A stretch of 63,747 nt of DNA, the filler included, from Hausera hauseri (lineage: Eukaryota): the NCBI GenBank assembly GCA_046269625.1. It is 11 parts of 11 records of this genome, joined end to end, with 100 filler letters (N's around TTAATTAATTAA, not from the genome) between each part and the next. Parts side by side here need not be neighbours in the genome. Positions count along the whole stretch, not along the records: positions 22,974 to 27,125 come from JBJURY010732323.1; positions 27,226 to 31,552 come from JBJURY010633664.1; positions 31,653 to 36,361 come from JBJURY010466133.1; positions 36,462 to 44,800 come from JBJURY010682106.1; 7 more parts are not named here. One strand, 5' to 3'. Positions 26,328-36,999 of the stretch are shown here, in pieces. Each line of letters begins with the position of its first letter. Position 1 is the first letter of the stretch. A program made the position numbers and the translations under genes. The notes beneath the pieces were generated by a model that was not told the origin of the DNA, searched no databases, and saw only the letters and a list, made by a program, of their open reading frames with translations.

Positions 26328-28909
26328 AAATACAATAGTCCAATAATAATTTCATGAAAATTTTTACAGGAGAAAATTGACTGAAAAAATTTATTTACGA
26401 AGATATGATTTTAAATTTTTGCCTACTTGAAACAAAACTTGTTTTGAAATTTGGAAATTTATGAAGGCTCATTAATTCGGCAATTTGATTTTACATTGTG
26501 ATAAATAAAAACAAAACCATTTTGATTCAATAATATCTATAAGTCTACTAAAATTTGATATTTTTAATTTTTTTGATAAAATTAATAATTCCGTTGCTAT
26601 AGAGTAATAGTATTAAATTTGCATTAGAGACAAATATTTTTAACTTAATCTTTATATATCGCTTAAAGCATGACAAATGCAAATAGGGCGAATCGGTTTT
26701 AGTTATTACTGCATACTTTTACAATAATTATATGAACATAATATCCATTGACTAATGGTACTTATTAGCTCATTATAATTCTTCGATAGTATTACATGGT
26801 AATGGATACATATAGTTTTGTATAATTGTTGTGGTATTTATAATTACCATGATAAAAAAATTAATGATGAAATATATATTCATAATTATATTTTTTTCGT
26901 TTCTATGTTAAAAATTAAAGTATTGATATAAATAATTATTAGTTTTGCATTTTAATTGATGAAATAAAAAGCGATTCATAACAAAACATAATTGGTTGCG
27001 TATATCACATTTTTAATCATTCAAATTTGGTGCAATGGGCAAATTGTGCAATGCCAGGAAATGCAAGTCATTTGGTATAATTTAAGTTTATTTCCATAAT
27101 TTAGTTAATAATTAATAGAGCTTAANNNNNNNNNNNNNNNNNNNNNNNNNNNNNNNNNNNNNNNNNNNNTTAATTAATTAANNNNNNNNNNNNNNNNNNN
27201 NNNNNNNNNNNNNNNNNNNNNNNNNTAAACTATAACAGAAAAGTCTTCAGAATAACTTGGACCTCAATACGATGTGATCGCTGGCGATGCTATGGAGGCC
27301 GTGTAATGAGCTGACTTCTTTGTAGTGATTAGATCAGAGCGCCTTTTGAGTTTGTGCCGTGTACAGTCAGGATGCATTAACACAAAAAGAAACAAAATCA
27401 AAAGCAAGTAAGCACAAAACATTAGTTGGTTGAAAACATGTTCGGACGTGGACGATGAAATGGTATGGTCACATCACAAAAATTAACCTGCTTGTAAAGA
27501 ATATCCTGTAAGGTGTAATATCCTACTGGGCTAAAGAAAACGGAAGTGATAAAATCAACTGATGGATGAATGCGGTCGGGCAGGTCCACATCACGATGTG
27601 CCGTTCCTGTGTGATAATAGGTCACTGACCTTCCCCTTAAGGACCAGGCCCTTGCAACGGACGACCGTTTGTATGGGCCTTTACATGTGATCCAGTACTG
27701 CCCGTTTACCCGTATAGCTTCCAGGCCCTGCCCAGTCTTCTTCAGCACATTCTAGGTTTTTGGGTACCTTCGAACCTTTAGTCTGAATCACTCATAGGAT
27801 AGGGGCAATGGGTACTGGTGGTTACGGACAAATCCCTCGAAAAGAGGAAGAAACCTCCCGTCTGTTAATAATGGGGAGCGACGAACCTGCGGAAGGACAG
27901 CGTAAAGGTAGGTCTGGCTTGATTGCCAGAGGTAGAAAGCTCTTACTACCTGGAAGATAAAATTGAGCATGGGAATATAATTTTAGTAAGGAGGAAACTC
28001 AAGCATTTGTGTCAAATTCAGTAGAAACAGGTGAACAGATTTGAGCTTTGAATAAAAAGTGAAACTAGAAATCATTGATGGTGTTTTAGCTGTTTGTTCC
28101 TGCTGTTATTTAGTGTGGACTGGCCAGCCAGCAGTCAGCTTGGAAGTCTGTGTTTGGTACTTTCATTCAGTCTTGTTGATTCTTTCTTCAGGCATTATTT
28201 TGTGCCCATCTACCCATGCATTTATTGTATTTGTTTTATTGTTGACAAGTTCAATAAATGTTCGGTCCGGGGAATCTTTTCTCTCTCTCCCACCTCCCCT
28301 TTGCCAGGTTAAATATGTTTGTCTAGCCTGGTATGGAGTACATATATGTACATTCGTACCGTTCTGGATTATAAGTTTGTGGCACATTTCTTGTACCTTT
28401 TGTTCTCCAATTTTATATGGCTATTAACGCTGCTTGTGAGTTTGAGAAGACATGATATCATATGGTTCCATTTCATTGAATTCAAAATAAATTTCATACT
28501 AAATTAAGAGCATATACTAGGAACTGCTAAACACAGGTGGGACGGAAAGGCCCTTTCATAACGAAAACTGGAGAAAAATGTTCATATTAAAAAAAAGCGA
28601 TAGGGTAATAGCTTTCCTCGTAGGGGACTAGCTTCCATGACATTTTAAGAGGCTAAAAAAGGACCTTTCTATGTGATGTGTAGAATTATCTTATCAAAGG
28701 AAATTTCACATGTGACAACTTATATAGTGTAATTACCTTAAATTATGCATTTTTGACATTAAAAATAAAATAAACATACAAAGATAAAAATAAACACAAA
28801 ATTCAACAAACAATTAAACAGAAAGACAATTTTTAAAAGGATATGAAAACATGATTTTCATTTATACGTTGAGCAAACGAATGGAGAGGGAAATTCAAGG
28901 CCCAAGACC

Positions 28910-29195
28910 AAACAATGTAATAAACTAACACATGTGCATGAACAGGGCACTCGATGACTGAAAGAAGTAGATAAGAAGGAGAACAACAATAGACAAAAAA
29001 AAAGATAGGAAATTTGTCACTCCTGGAATTGAATGCGCAACACTGAAACGGCGCCATCTCCTTGCAACGACTGTAAGCCAGGCAGTCTAGCCACTACTCT
29101 AGCCATGCACCCTTATTTTTCTTCTCCTTCTTATCTACTTCTTTCGTTCTATCAAGTGAAATGTTCATACACATATGTGTTTGTTTATTTCATTT
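28910..29195. repeat. Inverted repeat pair (about 80-bp arms), foldback/MITE-like
   Basis: gaaagaagtagataagaaggagaa near 28960-28984 is mirrored by ttctccttcttatctacttctttc near 29122-29145; weaker pairing extends outward. Confidence 0.7.
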
Positions 29196-29924
29196 ATACG
29201 TTAGTGCGATCCCCCTAGAATTTTAAAAAGAATATCGGTACGTGAAAAAATGTGGCTGAAAACCACTGATTCGAAATACCACCTAAAGTTCTTAACTTTT
29301 GTTTTAACTGCAATGTCTGGAATAGACTAACCTTTCGATATTATTTCTTTTTTTTTTTTCCAAAACCGATGGCTTCTAACGATACGGTTAACTGTCTGGC
29401 AGAATACGGCAAGTGAAACTTGATCGTCACTCCCTTTCATCTGACCCATTTCCACCCAATCGTGTTCAACTGTTTTGAGGGAACAAGTTTCTTATCTGAG
29501 TCCTGTTGCAAATATTCTTCTTTAAACAATCGTCTAACTATATTAAAAACAGAGCACTTTTATACATCTGAAGAGTTCTTACATTAATGAGAAATAAATG
29601 ATGATTTCAAATAACACAATTTATCTATTTAAACTGAGCAAACGAATTTTAAACTTCCATACGACAGGCCTCCTAACCGTGTAATGTTTAATAATGGAAT
29701 AGACGCCCGCAGTCATTCTAACCTAGTCCCTTAGCCTCTGAAACGCGTTCGTCGGAGAGAAGCGATGCAACCCGAGTGTTTCCGAGTGTTTCCGATCTCA
29801 GATAATCACGTACTTCAAGTTGTATGTTTTTTTAATATATCTCAAAGGAATTTAACACAGATTAATTAAAGTGTCTGGGGACTAGGCTAGTCCCCCAGTC
29901 CTCTGCATTGCATGCCAGTGTTAG

Positions 29925-30250
29925 CATGTTTAAGTGAGTTAGTTAGCTGTTTCTTTGTTGGTTGGTTAGTTGGGATGCTGGTTGGTTTGTTGGTCAGTAT
30001 GTCAGCTTGTTTAACTAAGTGAGTTAGCCGTTGCTTTGTTGGTTGGTTAGTTGGGATGCTGGTTGGTTGGTTAGCGTGTTTAAGTTAGTGAATTGGCTAG
30101 TTTGAATGCTGGTTGGTTGGCTGATTGATATGTTGGTTGGTGAGATGGTTGGTTGGATTGTTGGTCGATCGGTCAGCGGGTCGGTCGGTCGGTCGGTCAG
30201 TCGATCGATCAGTTGGTTAATAAGTTAGCTAATTAGTCATTTAGCTAGTT
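29925..30250. repeat. Compound tetranucleotide microsatellite (GTTG/GTTA/GTCG)
   Basis: Runs of ggtt, agtt and ggtc units. Confidence 0.85.
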
Positions 30251-30282
30251 GTTTCCATGTGATTCTTGTTCTTGTTCGATCT

Positions 30283-30650
30283 CCACATCACTGAGTGTCA
30301 GCTTTTCTGGATGAGCCATGAGAAGGGCTATTACAATTCTAAGGCAGACTATGGAGGAGGGTAGCTGAGCTTTCCTGCTGTTCCGGCGGTGTCTAGGAGG
30401 TGGACCAAGATCCTACAGGTGTTAAGGCAACATTTGGTCCCCTAGACATGATTCGTAGCTCAACTGGGGACAATCCCGAATCTTCGTCCGTTAACAGGCA
30501 AGTTTCGTTACTGTTGCTTGGGGACGGTGATGAAGACGTGCGCAGAGGATCATGGCTGACTATTATTCATCAGCCCTGGCACTATGAATCGGGGTCGGCT
30601 ATAGATCTCCATCCACACAGCACCTCGTCCCATTTACTGTTAGTTAGATA
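30283..30650 (+). repeat. Interspersed repeat shared with 34085-34403 (opposite strand); possibly a LINE/SINE leader
   Basis: catcactgag..ttctggatgagcc..agctgagctttcctgctg..tctaggaggtg..cagccc(t/a)ggcact occurs in both contigs. Confidence 0.75.
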
Positions 30651-31930
30651 TTAACTCAGTTAATCAGACACTTAGACTGACCACAAAAAAAAAAAAACAA
30701 CACAGAATACACAACAATGGAGTCGTGGAAAAAAAAAATAAATTAAAAATGCATAATGGAGTCTTACGAGGATGACGAACAAAGACACAAACGACTACGT
30801 TACGACCAACAAGGTCTTCACACTGGTTCGCTGGTTCAAGCCTTTATCGTAAGATGCCTCGTCCGGTGATAGCCACGAGAACTAGACTCGGTAAGAGTGG
30901 TACAAGGCCTGTATTTAACGCCTGAATGAACATGAATGGCTGCATGAATTCGACAACTCCCCAACCATTGTCTTATAGCGTCGCTTGCCCCGCGTGGTTA
31001 CTGAGACTCGGCCGCTGGAAGAGGCTAGCGATACGAGTTTGCCACTGTGATTAGAAGGTTAAACTGAATTCCGCATCTTCTAATCCTCACATTCAGACGC
31101 CAGTCCATGTCTCACTGCGTTTGCTTCATATTCAACAGGAGGCTCGTTAAGTTGTGTCTGGCATTCTGTTGAGTGCTTTGGATCTTGCGTGCCCCTTCAA
31201 TCCTAATTGCACCAGGAAATCGTACATCGAGACTGCGGGCCCTGACTTCCACGGCTAACGTTCTCGTTGACTAATCCTTCTGTCTTATTTCGTTACACTT
31301 TGACTTTTAAGAGCTATGCTGATCTTCGAGCCTGGATTCGAATGGTAATGTGAGCGCTATCATTATGAGCTGCATTAATGAGGCCGAACTCAACACTATG
31401 CCTGGTCTCAACCGCGATGGTCTGATGACACTGAGGTATTGCGCTCGACCCGTAAGATCTACCAGTAGTGTCAAATTATTACATCTTTTTGAACCCATCC
31501 CATTTGAGTAAACTTTTACTTTATTTAATGCAAGAAAATATAAATATACTATNNNNNNNNNNNNNNNNNNNNNNNNNNNNNNNNNNNNNNNNNNNNTTAA
31601 TTAATTAANNNNNNNNNNNNNNNNNNNNNNNNNNNNNNNNNNNNNNNNNNNNTCCGAAGATTCTAACTTGCAACACTTAAACAACGCCACGGAATGCCAC
31701 GGAACGTCGCCAGTGAGATGCCAACTTTGGAGTAGTTTCTTTGTGTTGACTATGTTTTGTCACAAAATTCCTTCTCGGATTTCTTTCATTTATCGTAAAT
31801 AGGTATCAGTATTCGTCTTTAATAACAGCGACAAGCGTGAAATTTTAATATTAGCATCTACAGCCAATTAAGTGATTTTGCGGAGTGAATGAGTTAACAG
31901 TTTTTCTTTTAAATTCACATTAGAGACAAG

Positions 31931-32094
31931 ATGATTGGACAGGCTTATGTAATGTTAATCGCGAGCGTCCTTTTGGTCAAAATTGTCAGTGGTGACAATA
32001 AGGAATTACTATCAGCAGCATCTTCAGAATTTTCCCAGAAACTACACCAACATATTGCTGTTGGTGATCGAAGCTCGGTTTACTCACCTTACAG
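31931..32094 (+). CDS. First coding exon of a secreted serpin-like gene
   Basis: Signal peptide MIGQAYVMLIASVLLVKIVSG, then SSEFSQKLHQHIA..SSVYSPY (serpin helix A to SPxS pattern), followed by a GT donor. Confidence 0.6.
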
Positions 32095-32609
32095 GTACAG
32101 TGAAAATTGTCATTTAACAGGTATGGTAAAGATATTCATATGTGCAAGATGCGGACATTTTGTGAGTGCTCTGTGCAGTAGTAAGAAATGGATATCAGGG
32201 TTTTAATTGTTTTTTTTATTTTGTATGTACCTGAAGATGATCTTGTAGTCGTAATGTACTAATGAGTTACCAATTATGAGTTGGATCACCACCATTTCGT
32301 CCTTTCTAACTTGTATTCGTTTTCCTTTTCAGATTGGAGTCTTTTCTGTCCTTATGTTCCCTTTTTCCCTAAATTAAAAAAAAAACTTTTTCCATTTCTA
32401 TTTCTTTTGTCACGTGACTTTTGACCCATGACCTTTCCCTTTTGTCACAGAAAACTGGAGAAGAATTCTGGACGTGTTTGGGAAACTGACCCGACGCGGC
32501 TGATGCAAGCAGATGACTCAGGAATCCTGTGCATGACCACCATGCACGGAAGAAATTTACCAAACCACAATGATACTGGTCTATTTCTTCTCTGTACATC
32601 AAAAAAGAA

Positions 32610-33135
32610 AGTTGTCGACATGTAAAGATATGAACATTGTCAACATGACAGTTGTCGACGTGAAAAATTGTCGACATGAAAAGTCGCTGGAATAAAAAGT
32701 CACCGACATGAAAAGTAACTGACATGAAAACTCGCTGACATGAAAAGTTGACCACATGAAAAGATTCAAAAATGGAAAGATACCAACATTAAAACTTGGC
32801 AACATGGAAGATGGCGACATGTGAAGCTGCCGACATGACAAAGTCGCTGACAAGAAAAGGTGATCACACGAAAATTCATTGACACGAAAACTTGGCGACA
32901 TGAAAGTTGTGGACATGGAATTGTCGACATGTGAAGTCACCGACATGAAAAGTTGTCCACGTGAAAATTCACTAACATGACAATTTGGTGACATGAAAGT
33001 TGTCGACATGATAGTTGTTGACATGACAAGTTGCTGACATGAAAATTCACTGACATGAAAACTTGCCGACCTGAACAAAATGGCTGAAATGTCATAAAAA
33101 GTGACCGACATTATAAAAATGTGGCCGACATGTCA
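32610..33135. repeat. Degenerate tandem repeat built on (GTC/GCT)GACATGAAA, roughly 20-22-nt period
   Basis: More than 20 recurrences of a gacatg-like core. Confidence 0.85.
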
Positions 33136-34084
33136 GAACCTTATGAAACCCAACCTTAACAGAAAATTTGACCTTTCCATAACCTTATATACCGTCATGC
33201 CGCTGGCCTAACAGCGAACGATTCCTTCACCTGAGGACGACCCTGCAGAAAGCCTTGGGGAAGGGTCCTTTCTCAACTTACAAAAAGTATATACAAGAGT
33301 TGTTTGCCATTCAGGCATCAAATAACGCCTCCTGAATGCCTTCTGAAATACGGCTCGTTTTGCGCATCCTTTACTACTTATGAGTCTGTAGTTGTTTGGA
33401 CTATTATGTGAACCTGACTTGAAGAAGGGATACACTTTTGCAATTTTAAAAGCTTTGGGAAAGTAGTTATAAGCAATACATTGGTTGTATATGTTTGTTA
33501 ACGAATTACTAACGACAGGTGCTGCATAAGTAGTATAGGGATGAAAAAGGACGCGGAAATCTGGGGGCGTTCCATGGGGGCAATAGGGGGCGTTATATAC
33601 CCTGAAGAAGAAAATACGACCGCCCCCGGCCAGGGGGGCGGCCGTTGAGGTAAGGGGGAACTACTCTGTTAGGAAAGTGTTTTAAGGGGTAGATAAATCT
33701 TGTATATTTTGTTTTTTAATTAGCTAATTAAGGGTGAGGGAGGGGTAAGGGGAGATAATTTACGCCCCAATTTCACAATAACACTACTAGTTGGAGGCGC
33801 ATAATTGCGCGAGTTCTTGTTTGTTTTTTCTCGTGTAAAGTGTGTCAATACTTGCTTTTAATACTACCAATTGAGCCCAAATATTGACTGTACAACGCAG
33901 ACCCGGATTCGTCGTCGGAATCTTTGCTAACCGAGTCTGTCATCTGGGTGTCAAGTTTGATGAATGTTTCAATACTCTGCCAAAAATCGTCAATACACAG
34001 AGTTGTGGAAGAAAGAAAGAAAAAAAATAAACAAGCAAAGATGGTTGTACATGTTGTCTACTTGTCTACTTGCTTATACACCTA

Positions 34085-34403
34085 ACTACCTATCAAGTGG
34101 ATGGAGGCACTGTCTGAGAGGCGAGCCAAAGCCGGCCCTAACACACAGTGCCTGGGCTGACGAATCATCCAAGCCGTGTCTGCGGGCAAAGGTAAGAAAA
34201 CCTGGCTATTAATGGGTGGAGGGTAGGAATGCTCCCCATTTGAGTGGCGGATCACTTCTAGGAAGCCAAGCATAGCATTTCCGCCTGGAGGGCCTCGGTT
34301 CACCTCCTAGATACCACAGCAGGAAAGCTCAGCTGCCTTCCTCCACAATCCTTCTTATCACTACAAAAGGGCTCATCCAGAAGAGTTGACGCTCAGTGAT
34401 GGG
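34085..34403 (-). repeat. Second copy of the interspersed repeat at 30283-30650
   Basis: The reverse complement aligns colinearly by eye. Confidence 0.75.
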
Positions 34404-34589
34404 AAAACCAATCAATAACAATAACCTAGCTATCAAAAAATACATTTGCCTTTCCCAGTAGACATGGAAATAAACCTAGCCACACGTGGATTCATTTATG
34501 TGGACAAGATAATAAATCGTGTGATACACACGAATAATAATGAGGATAAATTCCATTCCTCTGGGATTATGTGTGTTGTGCACTGCAGT

Positions 34590-34890
34590 GTACATCAGGT
34601 CATTGTGGAATCCATGGTAATGAAAAAGCTGACAGTCTAGCCAAACGAGGAGCACAGTGTCAACAGCCAGAAGTAACCTATGAAACAGTTAGACAGTTGC
34701 TACGGGGCATCTCTAAAGCAGAATGGCTGAACCAGTGGGCAGGAGGGAAAACTCGGAGTGCACTGTATGGACGCATGAATAAACCCAAGATCAATGATAA
34801 CTCATACAACCTGAACAAAGCATCATATTCATGGTGTGAACTAACCATGTCACACTAAATAAACACTTAAGCAGAATCAACAAAAACCGC
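34590..34890 (+). mobile_element. Non-LTR retrotransposon RNase H fragment (I/Nimb-like)
   Basis: GHCGIHGNEKADSLAK...EW...W signature. Confidence 0.8.
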
Positions 34891-35389
34891 ACGGACTTCC
34901 GTTCAAAACATGGCGCAGTGCAAGCCAGCGAAACTAGTCGATTGGAATAAAAGAACGTATAGATACTACACTTGCGCTGTTTTTCATCTAGTCCGGTTAG
35001 TCGTCCAGATACTGAGTTGACTGCTTGGAGCAACACTCTGGCTGCGATGTTTGCTTGAGATACATTGGATGTGCCTGTGGTTTGGGCTGTATTGTGCTGC
35101 CAACTCAACTACGATGATGTTCTTTAATGTTTCTGTGCTAGATGGGCGCTATAGCTACTGACATAATGTGCGGTGGCGACATTACGCTGTTACATTCATA
35201 GAAATGTTATTCAAGTGTTGGTTTAATGATTGTTTGAACGATGGTACAGTCTCCCAGAGAACGTAGCTGTGAATTCTCGGCGATATTTGCAGTTGCAGGC
35301 GGCGGAGCAATTATGGAATTATATCGTTTGCAGTGATGCCGAAACCTTAACACCAATACCAACAAAAACAACAATCTGAACAGCAGACA

Positions 35390-35560
35390 CTTCAATCTTG
35401 AGGAAGCAATAGTTGAACGCTTTCTTCTGAAGTGTCCAAAGCTAAAAGAACTAAGAGACAGGTTCCTTCAAAAGTGCACAACAGTTGATAACTATTTATA
35501 TGCTATAAGTTAACAACTGCGGAAGACGTGCAAGTTCTTCACTATGGCAACTGCTGCCAC
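35390..35560 (+). mobile_element. Non-LTR retrotransposon C-terminal zinc-knuckle remnant
   Basis: EAIVERFLLKCPKLKELR..NYLY..QLRKT resembles ETveHxLxxCPxLxxLR..LYG..QL. Confidence 0.5.
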
Positions 35561-35679
35561 AACCACTATGTTGTGCGCCTGGCAGTTTTGAGGTCGCCCA
35601 GCTCTAACTTTTTGGAGTGAAAATCGACAATTAGTGGCCTACCGAAGATCCGTGAACACGCAAGTTGCAATGTAAAAGT

Positions 35680-35885
35680 ATCAAGAGCAAATGGGCCGGC
35701 AAACAACATCCTGAAGGAGACAGTCGAATGGGAACAGACAAAAAGGCAAACTCAAGGTGAACTGGACAGACAACATGTATAAATGAACAGAAACCCGCTC
35801 AAAGAACTACAGAGGCTGGCCCAAGATAGAACGTACGCAGAAAGACATGCAAGCATTTAGACCTTGGGACCAAGGCAAGGCAAGA
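35680..35885 (+). mobile_element. RTE-like LINE 3' end with (CAAGG)n tail
   Basis: ANNILKETVE..LAQDR resembles RTE C-termini; ends in caaggcaaggcaag. Confidence 0.55.
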
Positions 35886-35918
35886 TTCTGCTATAAATAG
35901 TAACAAGGAAGAGAAGAT

Positions 35919-36323
35919 GAAACTCGCGTGCTAATCTCAAGGATTAAAACCCGCGGACTAAGATCAAGCATTGAAACTCGCGGGCTAATCTCAAGGAATG
36001 AAACTCGCGGACTAAGATCAAGCATTGGAACTCGCGGGCTAATCTCATGGATTGAAACTCGAGGACTAATCTCAAGCTTTGAAACTCGCGGACTAATCTC
36101 AAGGATTGCAACTCGTGGACTAATCTCAAGGATTGAAACTCGCGGAGTAATCTCAAGGATTGAAAGTCGCGGAGTAATCTCAAGGATTGAAACTCGTAGA
36201 GTAATCTCAAGGATTGAAACTCGCGTACTTATCTCGAGGATTGAAACTCGCGGAGTAATCTCAAGGATTGAAACTCGCGGAGTAATCTAAAGGATTGAAA
36301 CTCGCGAAACAATCTCAAGGAAT
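35919..36323. repeat. 27-bp tandem repeat, about 15 copies (GAAACTCGCGGA[C/G]TAATCTCAAGGATT)
   Basis: Head-to-tail copies with no spacers. Confidence 0.95.
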
Positions 36324-36504
36324 CCACACGAAATGCACATTTCCGCGTATGAATATAGTTTNNNNNNNNNNNNNNNNNNNNNNNNNNNNNNNNNNNNNNN
36401 NNNNNTTAATTAATTAANNNNNNNNNNNNNNNNNNNNNNNNNNNNNNNNNNNNNNNNNNNNTGCGAACCAAATCTTTTCTCTTTCCCTGGGTGGGGGGGG
36501 GGGG

Positions 36505-36818
36505 CTATTGGCGTGATGTGCTCACATCTACCTACTACCATCGATACTAATATTTTGGTCGACACCGTTTGGGCATTATCTTATTTAACTGATGGACGAA
36601 ATGACCAAATGCAAATGGTTATCCATGCTGATATCGTTTGATTTTTAGTACAACTGTTGTCATATAATGACGTAAAAGTGCAAACGGGTGCGTTGCAAGC
36701 AGTCTGTAATATTGTAACGGAAACTGATGAACAAGTGCAATATATACTGCATTATGAGGCATTATCTCATTTGCCACAACTGCTGAAACATTCAAAAGAA
36801 AAACGCAAAAAAGTAGCT
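36505..36818 (+). pseudogene. Importin-alpha (KPNA3/4-like) ARM-repeat fragment
   Basis: [66 protein letters not shown]. Confidence 0.88.
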
Positions 36819-36999
36819 TATGATTCGTTTAAATTACCAAGTGTGCAAATTCCACATAGTCTCCGGTTGCGCGATGTTTCAGGTGACGTTGCTAGTGGCG
36901 ACAGACGGGGATTCAGAACGCCGTATTCGACAAAATCCGAAAAGAAATTCATTGAGTCTACTGCGAGAATAATTAAAGTACCTTTGATGGGGAATTCGG

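Noticed and set aside
27422-27970. Coding-like minus-strand segment
   Set aside because: Interrupted by stops, with no recognisable family.
32369-33135. ORFs of 128 and 170 aa, or a CRISPR-like array
   Set aside because: By-products of a degenerate GACATG tandem repeat; no constant repeat-plus-spacer structure.
33560-33770. G-rich runs as a functional G-quadruplex element
   Set aside because: Irregular G-tracts in repeat-rich DNA with no supporting context.
35919-36323. CRISPR array or ETRGLISRI repeat protein
   Set aside because: No unique spacers and no cas genes; the ORFs arise because the 27-bp unit is a multiple of three.
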